NCBI GenBank assembly: GCA_046290465.1
Contig: JBKAGP010000001.1
Location: forward strand, 6,530,046-6,594,045
Length of the DNA stretch: 64,000 bases
Direction of reading: 5' to 3'
Source of the DNA: Planctomycetota bacterium
Lineage (GTDB): Bacteria > Planctomycetota > UBA1135 > UBA2386
In this document: positions 37,451 through 47,485 of the stretch, one piece after another
Position numbering within the stretch: position 1 is the first letter of the stretch
Layout of the letters: every line of letters begins with the position of its first letter
Made by a program: the position numbers and the translations under genes
Notes under the pieces: generated by a model
What the model was told of the DNA's origin: nothing
Database searches by the model: none
Seen by the model: only the letters and a program-made list of their open reading frames with translations

Positions 37451-39508
37451 TCAGCGGACCAGCGCGGCGAACCGGTAGTAGCTCTGCAGCGACATCGTCG
37501 CGAGCGCGGTGCTGGCGACGCGGCCGCCCGGCTCGCCCCAGACGTCGACCGGGTCCCACGAGCCGCGCTCGGCGCCCTGCTGCTGCTGGCCGGAGGTCAG
37601 CGCCTTCGACATCGGCGTCGCCCATCGCTTCCAGGCCGCGCCGCCGTGCTGGTAGAGCGCCATGCTCGACCAGTACCAGGCGTAGTAGTCGAGGTTGCCC
37701 GCCTTCGGCGTCCACGCCGGCGGCTGCGATGCGATCAGCGTCGCGGCCTTGCTCATGATCGGGTGGTCCTTCGGGGCCTGGCCGAGCATGTAGCGCGCGA
37801 ACAGCGACGCGCCGGTCAGCGCCTCGTTCTTCGCGGTCGGGAACCGCTTGCCGTGGTCGCCCGGCATGCGCGACGAACGCTCGCCCCGCCGGGTGTAGCC
37901 GTGGCGGCCGGTCGCCGGATCGGCGACCTCGTCGTAGTAGTTGGCCGCCAGCAGCAGCGCGTTCTTGTTGACGTCGAGGCCGAAGTCCTTGCCGGCGCGG
38001 TAGGCCATCACGCACCAGGTGGTGATCGACGTGTCGTTGTCGTTGTCGCGCGGCTGGTAGCGCCAGACCGAGTACGGGTTGCGGTGCGACTCGAGGTAGT
38101 TGATCGCTCGCTGCGCCTTTGGCTTGAGCAGCTCGAAGTTCGACAGCCCATAGGCCTCGCACAGCGCCCACGTCGCGATCGCGTGGCCGTAGATGAAGTC
38201 GTGCGAGACGTTCTTGCCGATCAGGCCGCTGCGCTCGTCCTGCTGGTCGATCAGCCACTTGACGCCGCGCTTGACCTGCTCCTTGTAGGGGCCGGCGCGC
38301 ATCGTGTTGCCGGCGCCGAGGAACGCCAGCAGCGCGAGGCCGGTCACGCCGACGTCGTGCACCGGGTTGCCGGCGCCATCGCAGACCGTGTCCTTGCCGG
38401 CGTCGTGCTTCATGAAGCCGTCCGAGTCCCAGCGGCCGCTCTCGTCCTGGTGCTCGGCGAGCCACGCGAGGCCGAGGTCGACGGCGCGCGCGGTCGCCTT
38501 CGGGGCGCGGCCCTCGCGACGCGTCAGCCGGCCGCCGAACCGGCCGCCAGCGCGGCCGCCGCTGGCCGCTTCGCCGCCCGACGATCCGTCGAACGGCTCT
38601 TCGACGACCTCCTCTTCAACGACCTCCTCCTCGACGATCTCCAGCTCCTCCAGCGAGACCGAACGGGTCGAACGCGCAAACCCTGCGAACGCGCCGCGCA
38701 CCCTTGCCGGCGCCGCCGACGGCTGCTCCGAGCGTACGACCATCGGCCCGATCCGGCAGCCGACGTCCTTGCGGGCCGGGCTCGCCTGGCACAGCGCGCG
38801 CAGGTCGTGCGCCTTGGCCCACGCCCGGTTCTGTTCGGCGGTCGCGCGCACCTCGAGGTAGGTCGCGCGGATGCCGCAGCGGGCGCAGGCGTCGAGCAGC
38901 TGCATGCCCTCGCGCCAGCGCAGGTCACCGCCGGCCTGCAGGTGCACGGTCGCGCCCTCGCGCTGGGCCGGCTGCATCGCGGCGACGAACCGTCGCAGGT
39001 AGGCCTCGAGGCCGTCGACCGAACCCTCGTCGCCCGACTCGACCACCACCGGGATGATCTCGGTGGTGGCGTCGGCGGCGCCGCCGGAGTCGTACGGCAG
39101 GAACAGCGCGAACGCGCCCTCGCGGCCGTCCTCGACGTGGCTGGCGGCGAAGAAGATGCGCGGCGTCATGACCTTCGGGTCGGCGCAGGCGCGCATCAGC
39201 TTGTCGATCGCGATCGCCGGAACCGCGTCGGCGGCGCGGATCAGCACGTTGAGCCGGCTGGTCTTCATGCCCGCGACGGCGTCGCCGGGCAGCCGTTGGG
39301 CGGCGATCGCGAGCTTGGCGAGGCACTGGTCGTAGCTGAGCGGGATGCCGGCCACGCTGAGCGAGCCGGTGTCGTGCAGCTCGATCGTGAAGACCTGCTC
39401 GGTCGGGGCGTCGCCGAGCGTGCCGACGGTGGGCAGGCTGCCGCCGAGCGGGCTCTGGGCGGTCAGCAGCGAGGTGAGGAGGGCTGAGGCAAGGCCGAAT
39501 CGCAACAC
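37451..39508 (-). CDS. Secreted protein: ExbD/TolR-like periplasmic domain(s) fused to a prenyltransferase/squalene-oxidase repeat alpha/alpha barrel
   Basis: Signal ending LTA|Q; VLIRAADAVP...DKLMRAC; GLAWLAEHQDESGRW, TGLALLAFLGAG, YGHAIAT, WRYQP, DTSIT, YYAWY, GSW. Confidence 0.75.
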   Translation of the reverse strand: MLRFGLASALLTSLLTAQSPLGGSLPTVGTLGDAPTEQVFTIELHDTGSLSVAGIPLSYDQCLAKLAIAAQRLPGDAVAGMKTSRLNVLIRAADAVPAIAIDKLMRACADPKVMTPRIFFAASHVEDGREGAFALFLPYDSGGAADATTEIIPVVVESGDEGSVDGLEAYLRRFVAAMQPAQREGATVHLQAGGDLRWREGMQLLDACARCGIRATYLEVRATAEQNRAWAKAHDLRALCQASPARKDVGCRIGPMVVRSEQPSAAPARVRGAFAGFARSTRSVSLEELEIVEEEVVEEEVVEEPFDGSSGGEAASGGRAGGRFGGRLTRREGRAPKATARAVDLGLAWLAEHQDESGRWDSDGFMKHDAGKDTVCDGAGNPVHDVGVTGLALLAFLGAGNTMRAGPYKEQVKRGVKWLIDQQDERSGLIGKNVSHDFIYGHAIATWALCEAYGLSNFELLKPKAQRAINYLESHRNPYSVWRYQPRDNDNDTSITTWCVMAYRAGKDFGLDVNKNALLLAANYYDEVADPATGRHGYTRRGERSSRMPGDHGKRFPTAKNEALTGASLFARYMLGQAPKDHPIMSKAATLIASQPPAWTPKAGNLDYYAWYWSSMALYQHGGAAWKRWATPMSKALTSGQQQQGAERGSWDPVDVWGEPGGRVASTALATMSLQSYYRFAALVR

Positions 39509-39636
39509 GGGCGTTCTCCGTCTGAGGGTGAGGGGGACCGGGGTCGCAACGACGTCGCGCCGAGGCGGTTCACCCGATTCCCGAGGTAGGGAATGGTGCC
39601 GTGGCAATGGTGGCGCGCGCCAGGGATGATCCCGCA

Positions 39637-41643
39637 ATGCGCATGCTTCGATGGCTCGCCGCGGCCCTGCTGGTCGCCAGTTCGCTGTCCGCACAGAAGG
39701 TGCTGACGCCCGAGATCCTCAACACGCTGGGACGCGTCGGCAGCATGACGCTGGCGCCCGACGGCAAGCACCTGCTGTTCACGGTCAGCACGCCCGACCT
39801 GAAGGCCAACCAGGGCACCACCGAGCTGTTCCTGCTGGACCTGACCCAGGCCGGTCGCGAGCCGGCGAAGGTCGGCGTCGGTCGCTCGCCGTACTGGCTG
39901 CGCGGCGGCGTCGAGTTCGCCTGGGTCACCAAGCAGGGCATCAAGGTCCGCAACCTCTACGAGGACGGGCCGGACCGCACCATCGCGCTCGACGGCCCGA
40001 TCGCCAACCTGCACTTCGCGCCGACCAGCGACCGGTTCTCGTTCACGCGCAACGTCAAGCTCGACCAGCTGGTCACCGACAAGCACGAGGACCTGCCCGA
40101 GGCCAGCGCGCGCGCCTACGACGACCTGTTGATCCGCCACTGGGACCACTGGCACGACGGCAGCTACAGCCACCTGTTCGTGCAGTCGACCGACGCACGG
40201 AAGGCGAACGACCTGATGGCCGACGAGAAGGTGCACACGCCGCTGCAGCCGTTCGGCGGTGCCGAGCAGATCGCCTGGTCGCCCGACGGCAAGGAGCTGT
40301 GCTACACGGCGCGGCGCGTGCCGGACCCCGAGGCGAGCACCGACTCGAGCCTTTGGCTGGTGCCGGCCGACGGCGGTGCGCACAAGAACATCACCGAGGG
40401 CATGCCGGGTTACGACCAGGAACCGCGCTACTCGCCGGACGGTCGCTGGATCGCGTTCTCGAGCATGGAGCAGGCCGGCTTCGAGGCCGACCGCGTGCGG
40501 CTGGTGGTGCACGATCGCAAGACCGGCGACAACGCCGAGCTGCTGCCGGACTTCGACGCGTCGCCGCACGACGTGACCTGGTCGGCCGACAGCAAGCAGC
40601 TGTTCTTCACCGTCGACGTGCGCGGCACGACGCAGATCTACCGGACCAGCCTGTCGGCGCCGAAGGCCGTGCCGGTCACCGAGGGGCGCCACCGCCTGTC
40701 GGGCATCCAGCTGACCCCGGACGCCAAGACGATCTACTGCCTGCGCACGACCACCGAGCGCGCCGCCGAGGTCGTCGCGGTCGACGTCGCGTCGGGCGCG
40801 ATCTCGATGGTCACCGACGTCAACGGCGACGCCTACGCCGGCATGGATCTGCCGCAGGTCGACGCCGAGTGGTTCGAGGCCACCGACGGCAAGAAGATCC
40901 ACGCCTGGATCATCAAGCCGCCGAACTTCGACCCCGAGAAGAAGTACCCGATGCTGCTCTACTGCCAGGGCGGCCCGCAATCGATGGTCGGCCAGTGGTT
41001 CAGCTACCGCTGGAACTTCCACCTGATGGCCGCGCAGGGCTACGTGGTGGCGGCGGTCAACCGGCGCGGCCTGCCGGGCTTCGGCCAGGCGTGGAACGAC
41101 CAGATCAGCAGGGACTGGGGCGGCCAGGCGATGGCCGACCTGTTGACGGTCTGCGACGCGGTCAAGGCGCGCGACTACGTCGACGAGGAGCGCGTCGGCG
41201 CGGTCGGCGCGTCGTTCGGTGGCTACTCGGTCTACTGGCTGATGGGCAACGGCGGCGACCGCTTCGCGTGCATGATCTCGCACTGCGGCGTGTTCAACCT
41301 CGAGTCGATGTACCTCGCGACCGAGGAACTGTTCTTCGTCAACTGGGACCTGGGCGGGCCGTTCTGGATCTCGCCCGAGGTCGCCGACACCTACCGCAAG
41401 TTCTCGCCGCACCGCTACGTCGAGAACTGGAAGACGCCGCTGCTGGTGATCCACGGCGAACGCGACTACCGGGTCCCGTACGACCAGGGCCTGCAGGCGT
41501 TCACCGCCGCGCAGATCCAGGGCGTGCCGTCGCGCATCCTGCTGTTCCCCGACGAAGGCCACTGGGTGCTGCAGCCGCAGAACGGCGTGCTGTGGCAGCG
41601 TGAGTTCTTCGGCTGGCTCGACCAGTGGTGCAAGAAGAAGTGA
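39637..41643 (+). CDS. S9 family prolyl oligopeptidase / dipeptidyl aminopeptidase
   Basis: Beta-propeller (SPDG repeats); GGP, GASFGG nucleophile, DYRV, DEGHWV. Confidence 0.93.
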   Translation: MRMLRWLAAALLVASSLSAQKVLTPEILNTLGRVGSMTLAPDGKHLLFTVSTPDLKANQGTTELFLLDLTQAGREPAKVGVGRSPYWLRGGVEFAWVTKQGIKVRNLYEDGPDRTIALDGPIANLHFAPTSDRFSFTRNVKLDQLVTDKHEDLPEASARAYDDLLIRHWDHWHDGSYSHLFVQSTDARKANDLMADEKVHTPLQPFGGAEQIAWSPDGKELCYTARRVPDPEASTDSSLWLVPADGGAHKNITEGMPGYDQEPRYSPDGRWIAFSSMEQAGFEADRVRLVVHDRKTGDNAELLPDFDASPHDVTWSADSKQLFFTVDVRGTTQIYRTSLSAPKAVPVTEGRHRLSGIQLTPDAKTIYCLRTTTERAAEVVAVDVASGAISMVTDVNGDAYAGMDLPQVDAEWFEATDGKKIHAWIIKPPNFDPEKKYPMLLYCQGGPQSMVGQWFSYRWNFHLMAAQGYVVAAVNRRGLPGFGQAWNDQISRDWGGQAMADLLTVCDAVKARDYVDEERVGAVGASFGGYSVYWLMGNGGDRFACMISHCGVFNLESMYLATEELFFVNWDLGGPFWISPEVADTYRKFSPHRYVENWKTPLLVIHGERDYRVPYDQGLQAFTAAQIQGVPSRILLFPDEGHWVLQPQNGVLWQREFFGWLDQWCKKK

Positions 41644-42557
41644 GCGCGCGCGCGATCGTCGCGGCCGCCCTGCTGGCGCTGCTCGCCGGCTGTGCGACGC
41701 CGCCCGAATGGCAGCAGGACCTGACCGCGGCGCTGCGCGCGACGCGGCGCGACCAGCAGGAACTGGTGGTGTTCTTCGCGTTGCCCGGCCGCGAGATGAG
41801 CGACCGCATGCAGGCGCGCATCGACGACCCGGTCGTCATGCAGGCGCTGCAGCGCGGCGGCTTCGCCGCGGTGGTCTGCGACGGCGTCGAGCGCAAGCGG
41901 CTGTACGGCGCGTGGATCGGCGGCGGCGAAGGCATGGGCATCGCGGTGCTCGACGGCGAGGGCGTCTGCTACTGCGCGCGCCCCGGGCCGCAGGACCCCG
42001 AGCAGGTCGCGGCGCTGCTGGATCTGTGCGCCGCGAGCCGCGACGAACTGCGCGCCGCCCGCGCGGCGCTGGCCGAGGAGCCCGGCGACCCGCTGCGCCA
42101 GCACGCGCTCGGCTGCCTGTACTTACGGCTCGGCTGCCGCGTGCACTGTGAACCGCTGCTGCTCGATGCGGCCACGGCCGGGGTCGCCGACGCGCGCCAC
42201 CGGCTGGCGCGCCTCTACGCGCTCGACGGCAACCTGACCGCGGCCCGGCGCTGGCTACAGTCCGCGCCGCGCACGCCGGCGGCGATGGCGACCGAGGGCT
42301 ACGTGCTGTTCAAGGAACGGCGCCACCGCGAGGCGGTGAAGGTCTTCTACGAAGCGCTGGCGACCGACAGGCTCGGCGACGAGCGCCAGCGCGCCGTGCT
42401 CTACCTCGGCAAGTCGCTGCACGAGAACGAGCAGGACGACGAGGCGGTGCCGGTGCTCGAGAAGCTGGCCAACGAAGGCACTGGCAGCACCTTCGAGGCG
42501 GCCGCGCGGCACACGCTCGGGCACATCTACAACCCGGATCACGGCCACACGCACTGA
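41640..42557 (+). CDS. Lipoprotein with thioredoxin-like N-domain (no CxxC) and TPR repeats
   Basis: Lipobox LAGC; GTG overlaps the peptidase stop; TPR-like helices; C-terminal HIYNPDHGHTH. Confidence 0.7.
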   Translation: MSARAIVAAALLALLAGCATPPEWQQDLTAALRATRRDQQELVVFFALPGREMSDRMQARIDDPVVMQALQRGGFAAVVCDGVERKRLYGAWIGGGEGMGIAVLDGEGVCYCARPGPQDPEQVAALLDLCAASRDELRAARAALAEEPGDPLRQHALGCLYLRLGCRVHCEPLLLDAATAGVADARHRLARLYALDGNLTAARRWLQSAPRTPAAMATEGYVLFKERRHREAVKVFYEALATDRLGDERQRAVLYLGKSLHENEQDDEAVPVLEKLANEGTGSTFEAAARHTLGHIYNPDHGHTH

Positions 42558-42578
42558 GCGGCCGGGTAGCATCGCGGC

Positions 42579-44225
42579 GTGAAGAAGATCCTCGTCGCGT
42601 TCGCGCTCACGCTGCCGCTGGTTGCCCAGACGCCGGACGGCCTGCCCGTGGTGCGCCACGCCATCCTCGCGCCGGGCTCCGGCATCGACCTCGACAGCGG
42701 CGTGGTGCTGCCGGGCGGCGACCACGGCCCGCTGCGCGCCGATGTCACGTTCGGCCGCGACGGGCTTGGCTTCTTCGTGCAGCCGCGTCGCGAAGGCATG
42801 CCGGCGCGGCCGGCGGACTGGTTCCCGGAGGGGGAGTGGTCGCAGCAGCGGCTGCGCATCCCGCGGCGCAGCGACGGGCAGGTGTGGACGTTCTTGCGCA
42901 CCGACCACGGCGTGGCGCGGCTGTCGATCGCGATCGTCGATCCCTACAGCACCGCGTCTGCGGCGGTGTCGTGGACGGTGGTGCCGCCCAAGGATCCGGT
43001 GTTCCTGGCCGCGCCGACCGACCTGCGGCTCCGCTGGCACGAAGGCAAGCTGCTGGTCGGCTGGGACGGCACGACGCCGCAGTTCCTGGTCGAGGTGGTC
43101 TCCGGTGAGCAGCGCAGCAAGCAGGTCTGCACGGTCAACGGTTGTGAGTTCGACGGTCTGGACCAGGACGCGGTGCACCTCGTGCGCGTTCGCGGCATGG
43201 ACGGCGGCGCGATCTCGGTGCCGGCCGAGGCCGTGCAGCACGGCCGGTCGCGGCCGCCGGTCTACGAGGTGACGCAATACCCCGACCGTTGGTATGACCA
43301 GGAGGGCGGGCTCGGGCTGTCGGTGGGCGCCGACAACGCGGAGAAGGCGGAGGTCGTGTTCTATCTGTACGGCGTGTTCGTGCCGGGGGGCGGCGTGCAG
43401 AAGCTCGGCAGCGGGCGCGAGACGTTCGTGTCGACCAAGGACCTGCCGACCAGCGGCTACCTGCCGAGCTACGGCCGCCTCGACGACCACGACGTGCACG
43501 CGGTGCGGCTGCCGGACGGCCGCCGCGCGCTGCTGTGGCTGGAGCCGGCCGATGGCGACGACGTGCGCGACGGCATGAACGTGCACAGCGTGTTCCTGCC
43601 GGACGGCCGCGGCCACTTGCTGGTGCCGCCGCAACCGACGGTGGCCAGCGACCAGCGGGTGGTGACCCTGACGTGGCCGCGCGTCGAGGGCGCCAAGGGC
43701 TACGAGGTGCGCGTCGGGGGCGACAAGCCGATCCTGACCGACCAGCTGACGGCGACGTTCGACGCGCTGCCGAAGGACCGCATGCATGCGTTCACGGTGC
43801 GGTCGCTGGGGGAGGATGGCGGTTGGTCGCTGGAGCGCAAGGTGTTCGGGCACACGTTCGGAACCGCGGCCGTGTTCCGGCGCGTCACGGTGCGGGCGCA
43901 GACCAACAGCGTCGACCTGAAGACCGGCAAGACGGTGAAGCAGGGCGACCTGTCGCTCGTCGGAGGTGCCGGTGGCGCCAGCTACCTGCAGTTCGGCACG
44001 CCCTACGGATCGTGCGCCAACGGCGGCCGTGCCTTCGGCGACTTCGACGGCCTGCAGCGCGGCAAGGCCGACCACTTCGGCAGCGACGACCGCGAGGACG
44101 ACTTCGAGCAGTTCTTCGTCTGGACCAAGGACGGCGGTTGCGCCTGCGTGCGCATCGTCGTGCGCGACTGGCCGGACACGGTGGTCGAGTACGTCTGGCT
44201 GCCGCCGAAGGACGGCGGGCGCTAG
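42579..44225 (+). CDS. Hypothetical secreted protein with fibronectin type III-like domains
   Basis: Signal ending LVA|Q; APTDL...VGWD...LDQDAVHLVRVRG and LTWPRVEGAKGYEV...FTVRS. Confidence 0.7.
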   Translation: MKKILVAFALTLPLVAQTPDGLPVVRHAILAPGSGIDLDSGVVLPGGDHGPLRADVTFGRDGLGFFVQPRREGMPARPADWFPEGEWSQQRLRIPRRSDGQVWTFLRTDHGVARLSIAIVDPYSTASAAVSWTVVPPKDPVFLAAPTDLRLRWHEGKLLVGWDGTTPQFLVEVVSGEQRSKQVCTVNGCEFDGLDQDAVHLVRVRGMDGGAISVPAEAVQHGRSRPPVYEVTQYPDRWYDQEGGLGLSVGADNAEKAEVVFYLYGVFVPGGGVQKLGSGRETFVSTKDLPTSGYLPSYGRLDDHDVHAVRLPDGRRALLWLEPADGDDVRDGMNVHSVFLPDGRGHLLVPPQPTVASDQRVVTLTWPRVEGAKGYEVRVGGDKPILTDQLTATFDALPKDRMHAFTVRSLGEDGGWSLERKVFGHTFGTAAVFRRVTVRAQTNSVDLKTGKTVKQGDLSLVGGAGGASYLQFGTPYGSCANGGRAFGDFDGLQRGKADHFGSDDREDDFEQFFVWTKDGGCACVRIVVRDWPDTVVEYVWLPPKDGGR

Positions 44226-44308
44226 GAGCGCGTCCATGTAGTGGACGCGCTGCCAACCGTGATCGCGGAAGCGGCGTGTACGCTTGCGGACGGGGCTTTG
44301 CCCGCTAG
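44222..44308 (+). repeat. Dispersed 87-bp palindromic element, copy 1 (MITE/REP-like)
   Basis: CTAG-GAGCGCGTCCATGTAGTGGACGCGCT...GGGGCTTTGCCCG-CTAG; near-identical to 57462-57547 and 61785-61871. Confidence 0.9.
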
Positions 44309-44314
44309 CAGACG

Positions 44315-45220
44315 CTATTCGCCGCCGGTGTTGCCCCTGCCGGTGTTTCCCTTGCCCGTGTTGCCGCGGCCCGTGTTGCCGCGGCCGGTATTGCCGGCGG
44401 TGTTGTTGCGGCGGCTCGGCACGCGGCCGCCGAGCTTCTTGGCGCCGCGCGCCGGGATGCGCATGTCGGCGAGCATCTTCTGCTCCTTTTCGAGCAGCTT
44501 CTGCTCGGCCTTCGTGGCGGCCTCGATCTGCTGTCGGGCCTTGTTCTGCCTGGCCTTGTCGTTGCCGGCCTTGGCCTGGTCCTGCTCGGCCTCGGCCTTC
44601 TCCTCGAGCACGGTCTCGAGGTCCTGGAGCAGCTTGGTGTACTTCTTCGCGAACGACGGCAGCGTCGGCTTGAAGGCGCCCTTCGACGCGCGGTCGAGCA
44701 GCCCTTCGAGCGCACCCGGGTCGGGCTTCAGCCCGGTCATCGACACGCCCTTGAGCTCCTTGCCGTTCTTGTCGAACGCGACGAACAGCGGCGCCTTCTT
44801 GCCGTAGCGCTCCGCGAGCGCCGGGTCCTTGCTGATGTCGATCTGGCCGCAGTGGAACATGCGCAGCTTCACGCCCAGCGCGTCACCCTTGGCGTCGGCG
44901 CGGAACAGCATCGTCTCGAAGTTGCGGACGGCGCGTTCGTCGAGGCCGCCGTCGTGCAGGTAGAGCACGGTGACCTGCTCGGCGGCGGTGGCGGCGCGCA
45001 CCAGTTCGATCGTGTCGAGGTCGGCGACCTTGTTCTCGCCGTCCGTCTCGGGGCCGGCGACCTCCTGGAAGTAGACCGCCACGCGGTTGGAGATCTCCTC
45101 CGGGCGTCGCCAGGCCTGGCGCGCGTTGCGGCCACCGCGGCCGGCGCGACGCTGGGCGTCGACGACGTCAGTGGCGAGGAGGGCGGCGGCGACGGTCAGG
45201 AGCAGCGGGATCTTGCGCAT
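44315..45220 (-). CDS. Hypothetical secreted protein, thioredoxin-like fold without CxxC, coiled coil and GNTG(R/K) repeat tail
   Basis: Signal ending VDA|Q; IDISKDPALAERYG...PLFVAFDKNGKEL; C-terminal GNTGR repeats. Confidence 0.7.
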   Translation of the reverse strand: MRKIPLLLTVAAALLATDVVDAQRRAGRGGRNARQAWRRPEEISNRVAVYFQEVAGPETDGENKVADLDTIELVRAATAAEQVTVLYLHDGGLDERAVRNFETMLFRADAKGDALGVKLRMFHCGQIDISKDPALAERYGKKAPLFVAFDKNGKELKGVSMTGLKPDPGALEGLLDRASKGAFKPTLPSFAKKYTKLLQDLETVLEEKAEAEQDQAKAGNDKARQNKARQQIEAATKAEQKLLEKEQKMLADMRIPARGAKKLGGRVPSRRNNTAGNTGRGNTGRGNTGKGNTGRGNTGGE

Positions 45221-45382
45221 GGCGGGTCGGGGTTGGGGACGGGCCGGACCAGGACGAGCCGGACCAGGACGGGCCGGTTACGCACAGGTTGGTCGCGTCG
45301 ACACCGCCGGGGACTGCGTGGCTTGCATCAGGTTGGTATCGGCGCGCTACCAATCGGCCATGGCACCGAGCACACTACCGCC

Positions 45383-46444
45383 ATGCACTCCTCGTTCTCG
45401 GCGTTGGCGGCGTTGGTCGCGTTCTCGACGGTGGCGGTGGCCCAGGACCTGATCGAGGTCGGCCCGCACCGGTACCGGTGGGATGCGTCGTGGGGGCGAC
45501 CGTTCTCTGCCGGCGACTTCGGGCTCGATCAGGAAGGTACGGTCGAGCTCGGCAACACCCACGGCTGCATGGTCGTCCGGGGCGACGGCAACATCCTGGT
45601 CAACACCGACAAGGACCACGCGGTGGTGGTGTTCTCGCCGGACGGCGAGGTCGTGTCGACGTGGGGCAAGGAGTTCCACGGCGGCCTGCACGGCATGTGC
45701 CTGCGCCAGGAGAACGGCAAGGAGGTGCTCTACCTGGCGCACACCCGTCGCCACGAGGTCGTCAAGACGACGATCGACGGCAAGGTGCTGTGGACGATCG
45801 GCTGGCCGGAGCAGTCCGGCATCTACAAGGGGCCGGGTCAGTACCGACCGACCGCGGTGGCGGTGGCGCCGGACGGCCGCATCTACGTCGGCGACGGCTA
45901 CGGCAAGTCGTGGGTGCACTGCTACGACAAGGACCGCAACTACCTGAAGTCGTTCGGTGGGCCCGGGACCGAGGCCGGCAAGATGCGCACGCCGCACGGG
46001 CTGTGGATGGATACGCGCGGCGACGAACCGCTGCTGCTGGTCTGCGATCGCGAGAACCACCGTCTGCAGTGGTTCACGCTCGACGGCGCGTTCGTTCGCA
46101 AGATGGACCAGGACCTGCGCCGGCCGTGCAACGTCTGGCCGATGCCCGACGGCGGTCTGGTGGTCGCGGACCTGGTCGGTCGCATCACGTTCCTCGACCG
46201 TTCGGACAAGGTCTACGCGCACGTCGGCGACAACCCGGACCCGAAGCTGCGGGCCAAGAACGGCATTCCGCGCGCCAGGTGGAAGGACGGAGAATTCCTG
46301 TCGCCGCACTCGGTTTGCGTCGACGGCCACGGCCACGTCTACGTAATGGACTGGAACTCGCTCGGCAGGATCAGTCGGCTGACGCACCAGCCGGCGCGAC
46401 CCGCTGCGCGAGACGGTCAGGACGGCAAGCGCAAGCAGCGGTAG
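45383..46444 (+). CDS. Secreted NHL-repeat beta-propeller protein (PAL-like)
   Basis: PTAVAVAPDGRIYVGDGYG, PHGLWMD, CDRENHRLQWF, PHSVCVD. Confidence 0.85.
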   Translation: MHSSFSALAALVAFSTVAVAQDLIEVGPHRYRWDASWGRPFSAGDFGLDQEGTVELGNTHGCMVVRGDGNILVNTDKDHAVVVFSPDGEVVSTWGKEFHGGLHGMCLRQENGKEVLYLAHTRRHEVVKTTIDGKVLWTIGWPEQSGIYKGPGQYRPTAVAVAPDGRIYVGDGYGKSWVHCYDKDRNYLKSFGGPGTEAGKMRTPHGLWMDTRGDEPLLLVCDRENHRLQWFTLDGAFVRKMDQDLRRPCNVWPMPDGGLVVADLVGRITFLDRSDKVYAHVGDNPDPKLRAKNGIPRARWKDGEFLSPHSVCVDGHGHVYVMDWNSLGRISRLTHQPARPAARDGQDGKRKQR

Positions 46445-46468
46445 CGGGCAGCAAGGCACGGAGGGCGG

Positions 46469-47485
46469 ATGAACGGATGGGCGGACACGTCCGAGCGGCG
46501 GTTGTTCGCCGCTCTGGTGGCGATCGTGTTCGGAGCGGTGGTGGCGATGTTGCTGCTGGCGCCCGGAGACGATCTGCACGCGGCGCTGCTGGCGGATGGC
46601 GGACCGGATCAGGTGCCGGTCCCCGAGCGCGCCTTCGCCGCCGTCGCCACCGTGCCTGCTGCCGCCGAGGACGTCGCCCCGGTGGCCGCCTTGCCCGCGA
46701 TCCGGCGCGAGGCCGCCGGGCAGCTTCCGGTGCTCGACGATCCGCGGCTGCCGCGGCTGGTGGCCGCGCTGCGCGACGACGGCGTGCCGCGCAACGCGCT
46801 GCATGCGCTGGCGACGCTGTCGCGCTGGCCGGCCGGCCGGATCGTCGAACTCGACCACGCGCTCGGCTCCAACGACCCGCAGCTGCGCCACTTCGCGGCC
46901 GGCGTGCTGCGCAACCGCTGCCGGGACGGCCGCGACGTGCCGACGCCGCGGCTGCTGCGGGTGTCCGTCGACGCGCTGCGCAGCGACCTCGGTCGGGTCG
47001 CGCGCGATGCCTGGTGCACCTGGGTCGGGCCGATCGTGCCGCGCGCGGCGCGGTTCCTGGCCGAGTACGCGCGGGCCGCGCAGGCGCCGCTCGAGCAGGG
47101 GCTCTGCGGCTTCGACCCGCAGCAGCGGTTCTTGTGTGCCTACCTGCTGGCCCAGGCGGGCCTCGACGAACGCGCCGGCCGCATCGCCTACGTGCTGGTC
47201 GAGCACCTCAACGACAACCGCATCCCGGGCGACGCCGCGATGGCGACGCACGGGCTCTACCGACTCGGCGAGCGCGCGCTGCCGGTGCTGGCGGCCAGCC
47301 GGCGCTACCTCGACGACCAGGGCCAGCGGCTGGCGGACCTGGTCCGCGAGGATCTGACGCAGCCACCGCGGTCGCCGCGCGAGCTGCGCAGCCGCGGCAG
47401 CAGGGTGCGGGTATCGCCGATCTATCACGACCCGGCGATCGAGTACGACATCCGCCGGTCGCTGGTGCCGCAGTTCTCACCGTAG
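46469..47485 (+). CDS. Hypothetical membrane-anchored HEAT-repeat-like protein
   Basis: N-terminal TM helix; helical repeats such as LGSNDPQLRHFAAGVL and FDPQQRFLCAYLL. Confidence 0.6.
   Translation: MNGWADTSERRLFAALVAIVFGAVVAMLLLAPGDDLHAALLADGGPDQVPVPERAFAAVATVPAAAEDVAPVAALPAIRREAAGQLPVLDDPRLPRLVAALRDDGVPRNALHALATLSRWPAGRIVELDHALGSNDPQLRHFAAGVLRNRCRDGRDVPTPRLLRVSVDALRSDLGRVARDAWCTWVGPIVPRAARFLAEYARAAQAPLEQGLCGFDPQQRFLCAYLLAQAGLDERAGRIAYVLVEHLNDNRIPGDAAMATHGLYRLGERALPVLAASRRYLDDQGQRLADLVREDLTQPPRSPRELRSRGSRVRVSPIYHDPAIEYDIRRSLVPQFSP

Noticed and set aside
37451..38500. Squalene-hopene cyclase
   Set aside because: Single barrel only, DNDTS instead of DxDD, and an export signal; fits generic prenyltransferase-repeat proteins
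44222..44308. Integron attC site
   Set aside because: Contains GCCAAC but lacks the paired RYYYAAC...GTTRRRY ends and whole-length dyad; copies are far apart and no integrase is present
46442..46450. Fourth (inverted) copy of the 87-bp element (TAGCGGGCA after the NHL gene stop)
   Set aside because: Only a 9-nt match to the reverse complement of the element's right end; no further similarity
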